DNA of 64,000 nucleotides, taken from the NCBI GenBank assembly GCA_964019425.1, contig OZ025798.1, positions 930,001 through 994,000 on the forward strand. The letters run 5' to 3'. A program made the translations under genes and the position numbers. The notes under the pieces are model-generated. The model was given only the letters and a program-made list of their open reading frames with translations, was not told where the DNA came from and made no database searches. Below, piece after piece: positions 44,861 to 53,633 of this stretch (positions are counted from its first letter, which is position 1; the number at the start of each line of letters is the position of its first letter). The stretch comes from Flectonema sp. DT1601. Its lineage: Eukaryota.

Positions 44861-46558
44861 ATGCGTTCTTCTATTATGGTTCTTGCCACTGCGGCGGTTG
44901 CCTTCGCATCCGACCCACAATGCGTTGAAGACGTCAGCCAGGCTGTTTACGACTTGGCCGAGTGCTCAGACGCTGTAGCTGCGGCAACTGTTGCGTGCAA
45001 GGGAGACGACTCTGCCAAGTGCGCTGCCGAGGTGTCGAGATGCGTTGCGGCCTTCTCCAGCACCTCCAACACCCTCAGCAAAGCAGTGACTGACTGTGGA
45101 GGACCAGGTACTAGGTGTGCCCAAGATATCACCAACGCCGCTACTGCCACTGCCACCGCGTCGCAGAAGATCGCGCAGGCTGTTTCAGACTGCGGTGATG
45201 CCGGTCATAAGGGAAAGTGCGTCGTTGACCTTCTTGATGTTAGCGACGATCTCGGCCACGCAGTTGAGGACATTATCCTCGCCACAACCGATTGCAAGAA
45301 GTCGAAGAAGGTTGTCGAGGCTGTTCAGGTATTCACTTTCTGTGAAGCAGCTGTCACCACCGTTACTGCTGGTGTTGCTGGCACCACTCTCGGAGTAACC
45401 AGAGCCCTCGAGGCCTGTGCTGATCTTTCAGCTGTCAACTGCACCAGAGATGTCGCACTCGCCCAAGATGTTTTGGATGAAACCGTCAAAATCTCCCCAA
45501 AGACTGTAATTTACTGTAACGGTACCAAGCCAGCTTGCATGAGTGATGTTGCCCAGGCCAACGCCGCTATCACCAAGTCTGCTTCTCCAATGGCAGATGC
45601 CGTAGCTTCATGCCGTGCAAATGGTACCGTCACCGCGTGCCGCATCAAGTTGGCAACTGTCAACGTCAACATGGGTACTGCTGGCCTCAAGCTTTCAGGA
45701 GCATCGAAGGCGTGTTATTTGAACAAGACCGTTGGAGCGACTCCAAACCCAAAGTGTGCTGAGGACATCAGTCAGGCTGTGCTGGAACTTGGTGACTGCA
45801 GTGATGCCATCGCCAAGGCGATCGAAACCTGCAAGGGAAGCGACAAGGCTGCGTGCTCTGCCGATGTTTCCACCTGCGTTGCCGACTTTGCCAAGGCATC
45901 GAGCACCATCAGCAAGGCCGTGCCTGACTGTGGAGGACCAGGTACCAAGTGTGCCCAGGACATCTCCAACGCTGCTGCTGCCATGGCCAGCGCCAGCTCG
46001 AAGATCTCAAAGGCCGCCTCCGACTGTGACTCTTCTTTGAAGAAGTTGGAGTGCATGCTGGACCTCGTCGACGTGAGCGATGACTTGGGACACGCCGTTG
46101 ACAACATCGTTGATGCCACCACCGACTGTGGCAAGAACGCCTCTTCCGTCGCTGCATTGAAGCTGAAGTCTGACTTTTGCAAGTACGAAATCATGGCGGT
46201 CTCTGCTGGTGTTGCTGCCGGTGCTGAACAAGTTGCCAGATCCATCAAGATCTGCTCCAACGTCACTGACGCAAAGTGTGCTGAAGATGTTGACACCACC
46301 AAGTCTCTGATTGACGGACTCGTGCCTGTTGTCAACCGAATGGTTTCAGGATGTGGATCCGTGAACGCGACATGTGCCGCTGACGTCAACCGCGTGAAGT
46401 CTTCACTTGACAAGGCTCAGGCCCCAATTGGTAAGGCCGTCAACAACTGCAAGGCTGGAGGTTCTGCTACAAGCTGCAAGATCGACCTTGCTGGTACCAG
46501 CGCTGACCTTGCCACTGCTGCCTTGGATTTGACCAAGGCTGAGAAGGACTGTTTGTAA
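44861..46558 (+). CDS. Secreted Ala/Cys-rich helical-repeat protein, 565 aa, copy 2
   Basis: Near-identical to 42488-44185 (9 aa differences by my count). The duplicated segment spans ~42326-44188 and ~44699-46561 (offset 2373). Confidence 0.92.
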   Translation: MRSSIMVLATAAVAFASDPQCVEDVSQAVYDLAECSDAVAAATVACKGDDSAKCAAEVSRCVAAFSSTSNTLSKAVTDCGGPGTRCAQDITNAATATATASQKIAQAVSDCGDAGHKGKCVVDLLDVSDDLGHAVEDIILATTDCKKSKKVVEAVQVFTFCEAAVTTVTAGVAGTTLGVTRALEACADLSAVNCTRDVALAQDVLDETVKISPKTVIYCNGTKPACMSDVAQANAAITKSASPMADAVASCRANGTVTACRIKLATVNVNMGTAGLKLSGASKACYLNKTVGATPNPKCAEDISQAVLELGDCSDAIAKAIETCKGSDKAACSADVSTCVADFAKASSTISKAVPDCGGPGTKCAQDISNAAAAMASASSKISKAASDCDSSLKKLECMLDLVDVSDDLGHAVDNIVDATTDCGKNASSVAALKLKSDFCKYEIMAVSAGVAAGAEQVARSIKICSNVTDAKCAEDVDTTKSLIDGLVPVVNRMVSGCGSVNATCAADVNRVKSSLDKAQAPIGKAVNNCKAGGSATSCKIDLAGTSADLATAALDLTKAEKDCL

Positions 46559-47366
46559 ACAATTTAATTTTCTGATCAGAAAACGGAAGTTTATTATCCG
46601 TTTCAACTAATTCCGCTCTGTTGCATCATCCAACTTCCCATTCACTATAGTGGCGTGCCTATTCATCGTTTGTGATTTCCATCTCAGCAAAGTTAATTTT
46701 CTGCGCTGTTCAACTTTCACGTTTTATGTGAAAATCCTACGTATACATAACTGAAAAAAACAAGAAAAATGAAACCACAAAAAAAACAAAATAGTTAATA
46801 GGACGAGTTGTAGACAGGAAATAGCAATTTTTTCATTGTTGCAGAGAAAGTGTCACAATCTCACTGTTAACAATTGTCTTTGATTTGTGTGCTTCAAATT
46901 TTCTGTTCTTTAAGGTAACTTTATTAATCTGTCTCTCCTCAACCCCAAATCTTTTGTTAGTCTTAAGGTCAAACCCGATTTTACTTAAGTGCGTAGTCAT
47001 TGCAATTATGCACTGGACTAACGTTTACAGAAAAAAGGAGATAAAGCCGTGCCGTGATAAAAGAATAAAGACTTCTGTTGGTTATTATGTACAGAAAATA
47101 GTTTCTGCTGAAACGTCTTTCACTGGAGTAGCTTTGGTAGGATTTAGTCATTCCTTTGCTAATGTCGGCTTTTTTTTCTTTTTTCTCTTTCTTGTTGTTT
47201 AATGTTCTATTCCCCGTTTCCGTTGATTCTCTTCAACTGTTGAAATTTAAGTGTTTTTTTTTTTTTTTTTTCTTACTTGATTGCAGAAGAATTGGGAATT
47301 CATTTTTTTTTTTTTTTTTTTTTTCACCCTTCCCTAATGATACTATTCTCATATAGACTACAAAAT

Positions 47367-50300
47367 ATGGAATGCACAGATCGGAAAGATGTACTGAACT
47401 GTTTGTTAACGATGTTTGCGGGAGCACATTCTGAAGCTGCAGAATCTGGCATTTGTGAAATTAATACGCTGTTTGATACATCTTTTGAAGTATTGGGAAG
47501 CAGTAAGAGTGTTCCTGAAGTTAACACACGGTATGACAGTAGCATGGAAGGCTTCATGAGATATCATGAAGAGGTTGCAGGTTTAGATGGAGTCCCAGGA
47601 TATCGTTCTGATCCACTTCCGGGTATTCTTGTTGTGAAGAATTCTGACACTGACATTAGTGAAATAACAGTTTGCATTGGCTGCCCAGCTGTTCCTAATC
47701 AAGTCTATATGGATGGTCAGTTCATTCCACATCCTTTTACATCAAATACTGATATTCGATATTTTACTCATGGAGGAATATTAAGAATTGCGAAAGTAAT
47801 ACACCTTGAACTACAATCATTGTTAAAAGGTATGTTGAATCCTGAATTCGTTAAAAAGATAACACTTTGTGGACATGGTGTTGCTGGAGGTGTTGCGGTA
47901 GTGTGTTCATTAATGATAAGTGAGTTGTATGAAATAGAAATTGTAACGTTTGGGTCTCCGTCGGTGTTTTACTGTGAGTCTGCTGAGTTACAAACTCTTC
48001 CGTCGTCCACAACTATTCGAAGTTATATAAACGGATCAGATATACTTCCGCGTTGTTTAGGTTCTCCAGCACCTAGAGCTTCTGCTCGTGCTTTTGCAAA
48101 ATTAGGTCTTTCCTTACATAGTGTTCCTTCACATGCTTGGGTCTATGCAGATTCGTTTGTACCTTCATCGCTACCCAATAGTATACGTTTTATCTCTTAT
48201 GAAGAAGGTTGTCCTGTAATAAAAATACCAGCAAGTCAATTAGAGCAACTATCAATACTTTCTGTTAGACTTAATACTATATCATCAGAGAGTATTTCTC
48301 ATCATGCACTCACACAGTACTTACGAGGAATATGTGTTTCTTGTAAAAGTGGTATTCCGACAATACCAGGGTTGCTTAATGAGTGTCGCTTTACTATACA
48401 GGGTATGCTTGATGAAGATTTGTCTGATTTTCATGAAAAACAGAGAAAGTCTCGTGAATTCTATTACGTCACTTCAATCAGATCTGCGCAATACAATTCA
48501 ACGAATACTGACAGCATGACTTCCGATTCTGCTATTCAAAAATTAGTATCAAGCGATGAAAATCTTCAAATCAAAGCAATCGAGACATGGAAAGACGGAA
48601 TCATCGAATCATCTGAGCTAGTATCGTTTATAGCTTCGAAGGTTAACGCATACCTGAGGATGTCGATGATTATTACGTTAAACTACACCACTCGGATAGG
48701 GTTAATTAATAGCGCTTTGTCAGATTCAGACAAGATTAGTAGCCTTCTTAAGAAATACACTCACGTGCTAAGACCTTTAAAGATATTATTATTAAACAGC
48801 AGGGCTTCTCTTCATCGTAGGAATGGCTCTGTTCAATTGGCTCTCGCTGATCTTCGAAAATCCGCTGCAGCTCTCAACTCGGTTAGTAATCTTGCTGTGT
48901 CTCGGTTGACTAGAATTGAAACGTATGCTAACTTATCTGCGACTTATTTAAAATGTGGTATTTTTGCAGATGCTTTCGCAGCAGCAATAAAGGCACTGGA
49001 ATTGCTACCTCAGACATATAGAAGTGCTCACGACTACAACAAGACAGCTTTTCCTATTGGAACTGCGGTGCTTATTAGGTCTTCTGGAGAACGTGCCATC
49101 GTTACAGGACATTCCAGGGGTAGGATTGGTGTGAGAACTGATGATAGGGATTATTGCCAAAGTATTTTTTGTAATAATCTAACCATCTCACCCGACACAT
49201 ACAAAACCAAGATTGGAAATGAATTATTTGTTTACTTAGAAAAATCATACCAAACCGTCACTATAACTGGAGTCTGCAGGGGACGTGTTGGTATCAAACT
49301 TTCGAATGGAAGTCTGAGGGGAATTCCTTGTGGGGAATTAGAGGAAATGAATCAAACAAAAAACAACAAAAACTTAAATATAATTGAAGTAATCGCATTA
49401 CACAATCTTATCTTAGCATCTGACAGTGTCACATATCTGTCACCTGTTGATAAGGTAGAGCTTCATGAATATTCCTTAAGACTAACCGAAGCCTTAAGTA
49501 AACTGCCACCAAACCACGCCGTGAAAAAGCAAGTTTCTCAGACTATAAATAATGTGGTTGCTGCAAGGATTAAAAAATCTCTCAAAGATAGAGAAAATGA
49601 TCGATTAGCTACTAGAGGTAGGCATATGAGGATGACTTCTCCGATAGCAATGCCACCAAAACCTCAACCAACAGGAACAGATCTAGTAGTGGTGTATCCC
49701 GCAGCGTTAATGCAATCTCGTGGTAAACTGTGTCTTCCTCCAATTACAAAGAAGGGTCGACCTATGCCAGCACAGACATGGCTTGATCGACTTCGAACAT
49801 CAAAAAAGAAAACTGACAAACAGCAACGTGGACTATTACTAAAAGAATTAGGTTGGAATACTGATTCAAATCCGTATTCTGATAGCCTTCAATTATCATC
49901 ATTACCTTGTGTCTTTGATGATTTACCTAACCTTAATAGTGGACTCTCTCCGAAAGAAGCTCTACTTGCAGAAAAAGCCATGTATAAAGAAATAACAAAA
50001 AGACGTGCTCTTGTACTTCAACAACGCTGTGAAAGGATGAAACTTAAATTTCGTGAGTCGAGAGGAAGAGTTTGCAGCATTGAATTAAGCGAACAACACC
50101 ACATAATAACTTCTGAAGTCAGGAGTTTTAAGGCTCTACAACGAAAGAAAGACAGCAGAGAGCAATTAATAGCTGGCCAAATACACCTTCTCAGCATCGT
50201 AGATGAAACATCAAAAATAGTACGTATTGAGGAGGAGCAGGCAACTGAAATATTAAAATCAAGTGCTAATTTATTACGATGTGTCGCGGATGAAACATCT

Positions 50301-50480
50301 CGTAGATACATAGCAATAAAAGCGGAAGAGAGAGACTTCGATCAACTTGTGAGGGAATTGAACCGATCCATTCAAGAGGTTGATTTGCTTCGAGCTACAT
50401 CTGCTCCTCTGACTCGACAACAAGATCAACAACATAGACAATCTAAAACTATTGTCTTCATCGAAGAACAACCGACATAA
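47367..50480 (+). CDS. Multidomain protein: lipase class 3-like domain (nucleophile lost), TPR-like helices, two beta-rich repeats, coiled coil, ~1037 aa
   Basis: Likely ATG 47367, after poly-T plus AG. Motifs THGGI, ITLCGHGVAGGVA, IVTFGSP, NGSDILPR, HHALTQY; TPR-like ETYANLSATYLKCG.F..A..A..KALEL; repeats VTGHSRGRIGVR and ITGVCRGRVGIK. Confidence 0.8.
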   Translation: MECTDRKDVLNCLLTMFAGAHSEAAESGICEINTLFDTSFEVLGSSKSVPEVNTRYDSSMEGFMRYHEEVAGLDGVPGYRSDPLPGILVVKNSDTDISEITVCIGCPAVPNQVYMDGQFIPHPFTSNTDIRYFTHGGILRIAKVIHLELQSLLKGMLNPEFVKKITLCGHGVAGGVAVVCSLMISELYEIEIVTFGSPSVFYCESAELQTLPSSTTIRSYINGSDILPRCLGSPAPRASARAFAKLGLSLHSVPSHAWVYADSFVPSSLPNSIRFISYEEGCPVIKIPASQLEQLSILSVRLNTISSESISHHALTQYLRGICVSCKSGIPTIPGLLNECRFTIQGMLDEDLSDFHEKQRKSREFYYVTSIRSAQYNSTNTDSMTSDSAIQKLVSSDENLQIKAIETWKDGIIESSELVSFIASKVNAYLRMSMIITLNYTTRIGLINSALSDSDKISSLLKKYTHVLRPLKILLLNSRASLHRRNGSVQLALADLRKSAAALNSVSNLAVSRLTRIETYANLSATYLKCGIFADAFAAAIKALELLPQTYRSAHDYNKTAFPIGTAVLIRSSGERAIVTGHSRGRIGVRTDDRDYCQSIFCNNLTISPDTYKTKIGNELFVYLEKSYQTVTITGVCRGRVGIKLSNGSLRGIPCGELEEMNQTKNNKNLNIIEVIALHNLILASDSVTYLSPVDKVELHEYSLRLTEALSKLPPNHAVKKQVSQTINNVVAARIKKSLKDRENDRLATRGRHMRMTSPIAMPPKPQPTGTDLVVVYPAALMQSRGKLCLPPITKKGRPMPAQTWLDRLRTSKKKTDKQQRGLLLKELGWNTDSNPYSDSLQLSSLPCVFDDLPNLNSGLSPKEALLAEKAMYKEITKRRALVLQQRCERMKLKFRESRGRVCSIELSEQHHIITSEVRSFKALQRKKDSREQLIAGQIHLLSIVDETSKIVRIEEEQATEILKSSANLLRCVADETSRRYIAIKAEERDFDQLVRELNRSIQEVDLLRATSAPLTRQQDQQHRQSKTIVFIEEQPT

Positions 50481-51129
50481 AAAAAAGAGTTATATTCTTA
50501 AGTCGGCAATTCATTCGGTTTTAAACATTTATTATTTACACTCAAAATAGTTCAATACCGCCTCTCCTTTATTAAGGTCGGGGAAGTATTCTTATTTTCT
50601 TACTGCTTAAAGGTCAACTTATCAACTAAACTCATATTCTTGTTGAAACAGATTGAAGAGTTAAAATGCGGACTTGATGTTGAAATAGTATTCATATCTC
50701 TTTGTAGGAATCTGGAGGAAGTTGAAGTTCGTTTGCTAGTGATACCCTTTGCGAAACTGAGCGGCTAGCAGATCACGGAGTGGGTGAGAACTTAAGTGCT
50801 GGATTGTTGATTATAAAAAACAGGAGAAGCTGCTACTTTGGATCAGAGACCACATTATAGATAATTTGTATCTGGATAGAGTTCATCTGTTTGGGTGCTT
50901 CACTGTTGACGGTGACTTGCTGCTTTCAGATGCCAAACAGGATGCTTTCCGCAATTCAAATTGCAGCAGCAGTCATCTCACGAGATACCAGTCTTGCTTC
51001 GATCGCTTCCAATTTTTTTTTTTTTTTTTTTTCATCCGTGTTAACCTGTTTTGTTTCTTTTTCTTTTTTTTCCAGGTAAACCTGTAACCGTGGGGAAGAG
51101 GGAGAGGAAAAAAAAAAGAAAAAAAAAAG

Positions 51130-52128
51130 ATGTCAACAAATAGTGTATCAGAAAGTTCTCAGGGTGAAGGGTTAGAAAATAATATGAAGTATCCTGAAAT
51201 TTCATTAAATATAGAAGGAATACCAAGTGTTGTATTTGGTAAAGCAGTCATCAGTAACAACCTGATGTATCAATTTACTGAAAAGTTCCACCTTCAGGAG
51301 AGAATAATTGCAAAAGTACTACTCCGTCTGAGTTGCATTCCCTACTACAATAGTTGCTTTTTAAAACTTCTGTTTTTCGTTTATGTTCGAGGCAAATGGT
51401 TGTTCTCTTCACCGGAATGTGTCCCTAGTGAAGTTCAGATACTTTGTGACGTTGTTTATCCGAAGGATGTGACTATCTCTCCAAAACATAAGGACGATTT
51501 GCAATATAGTATGATGCCGGAAGAAATCATAGATTCAATCTTTGTTGATCAAAGGATATCGTTGAGTGTAAAAACTGAACTTTTTAGATCATTATTCGAA
51601 GTTGGTGACTGCTACAGATCGTTCATTGGGCTGCAAGAGCGACTGAGATGCAGCGACAGTGATAGTGTTCCTGTTTTTCGTAGTCTGGTTGAGAATGTTG
51701 TTGCAAGCGGTCGGATTTTGAGGAAACACGACAGCCTCGAATACGCGACAAGACTAGTTACGGACTTGAGTAAGTTTTCATTCTTAAATTCAATTTTTAT
51801 TTCTTCACTTAACGAAGACTCTACAAAATTAGTAGCCAATGTGCTACTGGATGTCGATTTCGAAAATTGTGAAAAAACATTCACTCTTTGTGAACTGTTT
51901 TGGGATTCAGTGTCCGACACAGTGCGATTTATGTCTGGAAGTAGACGAAGTCGTCGAATTGCTTTGATGATGTTGTTTATATCATTTGAGATAGATCTTC
52001 CTGTTGACTTGTCGTTAACGATTCTATTCTTTTATCACTCTTCATTCTCTGATGAGATTCTCAAACTCACAGATGGTGAGATTAGAATTGAAACTGAGGA
52101 CGTTACCATCACACCACCATTAGAATAG
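51130..52128 (+). CDS. Hypothetical protein, 332 aa
   Basis: Long ORF downstream of a pyrimidine tract plus AG (51074-51075); no motif recognised. Confidence 0.7.
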   Translation: MSTNSVSESSQGEGLENNMKYPEISLNIEGIPSVVFGKAVISNNLMYQFTEKFHLQERIIAKVLLRLSCIPYYNSCFLKLLFFVYVRGKWLFSSPECVPSEVQILCDVVYPKDVTISPKHKDDLQYSMMPEEIIDSIFVDQRISLSVKTELFRSLFEVGDCYRSFIGLQERLRCSDSDSVPVFRSLVENVVASGRILRKHDSLEYATRLVTDLSKFSFLNSIFISSLNEDSTKLVANVLLDVDFENCEKTFTLCELFWDSVSDTVRFMSGSRRSRRIALMMLFISFEIDLPVDLSLTILFFYHSSFSDEILKLTDGEIRIETEDVTITPPLE

Positions 52129-52230
52129 AAAAAAAAAAAGTTCATCGTAGCCATTTGCTACGAAACAAACAGAAAATACTTTCTCTACCATCTCTCTCTT
52201 ACCATCAATACCTGTTACTTAGGGTATATA

Positions 52231-52677
52231 ATGCAATATTTTTTACATAGCTGTGTATTACATTTTATTAACCAGAATAGAGTTCATACAAAACATAACA
52301 TGTATTGGATTACAGGAAGAGATTGTGGTAACAATGAAGTAGCAACATCATCGCTGTGGAAGCTATTTCCTGACAACATACGAATACCAATCTTGGGTAT
52401 CGGCTACTATATTCATATTAAGAAAAGAGAAGTTTGGGACTGCGCAACCGGCATAGCCATCGGAACAGTTATTGGAACGTTACTAAAACTTGTTTATGAT
52501 CATTACAGTGGTGCTAAAGTTGATGATGAGAAAGAGAATGTGATTAAGGGTGGTAGACGACTTGGTGGTGCTCCTCGTGGAACTCCGGCACCTCGGAGAG
52601 ATGCCCCACGACCGACAAGAAAATATAAACGCAGAGCAGGAGAGAATGATTGGGTTACAGAGGAACGTCCGGCATAA
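52231..52677 (+). CDS. Small putative membrane protein with basic Gly/Pro/Arg tail (start codon uncertain)
   Basis: 148-aa ORF with hydrophobic ATGIAIGTVIGTLLKLVY and tail GGRRLGGAPRGTPAPRR. Confidence 0.6.
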   Translation: MQYFLHSCVLHFINQNRVHTKHNMYWITGRDCGNNEVATSSLWKLFPDNIRIPILGIGYYIHIKKREVWDCATGIAIGTVIGTLLKLVYDHYSGAKVDDEKENVIKGGRRLGGAPRGTPAPRRDAPRPTRKYKRRAGENDWVTEERPA

Positions 52678-53074
52678 CTACTTAACGAAGTGCTTTAAGA
52701 TGATAATGACGACAAGTAGTTCAGTGCAACGTCACTAACAAAGGCATTCTAATGATAACCTTATAAACGACAATAATACAATCACTCGAATGCAACAACA
52801 ATCTCATTTAGCGGTGCCTCAGTCCCGCTGATGCGGGTAGTTTCTGGATGATGTTTTTGTTTTAGCTTTTTCCAGCAGTACAATCAGCGCCCCAATTTTC
52901 CCCATCAGTCATCACACAGTTTATTCAACACAAGTATTACTCAAAACAGGTAACCAAACTAATATAATATTTTGTGAAAGTAAACATACTGAGATAGATC
53001 TGAGTACTTTATGGGGTTTCGTTGCTTCTTTTGATTATCTAAATTCAAACAGAATCTCTACATGAACTCTCATC

Positions 53075-53395
53075 ATGGGTTGCGGAGTGTCAAAGATTGA
53101 AATAAGCGACGCTGACCAATGCAGATGCAAAGATGACACGAATGACGGGGTTAAGTTAGTAGAAACAGAGGCGAAGTATTTTGAAGAGTTCTTCATCTCT
53201 GACAAGAATGATATTATCGCAGTTGTTGGAATGACAACCTACAACAAACTCGAAGAAGAAATAAAACAGCTTCAGACTGAAGAATTCGATGAGAAGAAGA
53301 GCCACATACAGCAAATGCGACCTGAAATCGAAAGAATACAACAGCTCATGATGGACAATGAGGCCTTCACAAGTAACTCAAATGCACTAATGTAA
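53075..53395 (+). CDS. Small acidic protein with predicted dual N-acylation (MGCGVS), 106 aa
   Basis: MGCxxS myristoylation/palmitoylation consensus. A possible 5'-UTR intron spans 52950-53052 (GTAACC...caaacAG). Confidence 0.72.
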   Translation: MGCGVSKIEISDADQCRCKDDTNDGVKLVETEAKYFEEFFISDKNDIIAVVGMTTYNKLEEEIKQLQTEEFDEKKSHIQQMRPEIERIQQLMMDNEAFTSNSNALM

Positions 53396-53633
53396 ACACT
53401 TACACGATATCACTGTTTCAATGTTGATGAGGTTCTCGTAGTGCTTGCCTTTTAGTATCGGTTTCGTTCATTGTTCTGTCTTTTGGTGATGTTGAGGTTT
53501 CGTTTCTTTTATTGTTCAAAACTTATTTCTATTCAGGTGGATGCACTGCAATCACATAATTAGGTCATTTGTTCTTCAGTATTAGAATTCTTTTATATTT
53601 ATTCACTCATAGGTGACAATTCATAACCACAAT

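Noticed and set aside
40872..46413. Minus-strand 208-213 aa ORFs over the secreted-protein genes
   Set aside because: Antisense shadows caused by biased codon use; the + strand has signal peptides and the Cys pattern.
52231..52850. Selenoprotein K/S-like gene with SECIS
   Set aside because: The ORF ends in TAA with no in-frame TGA, and I found no convincing SECIS stem downstream.
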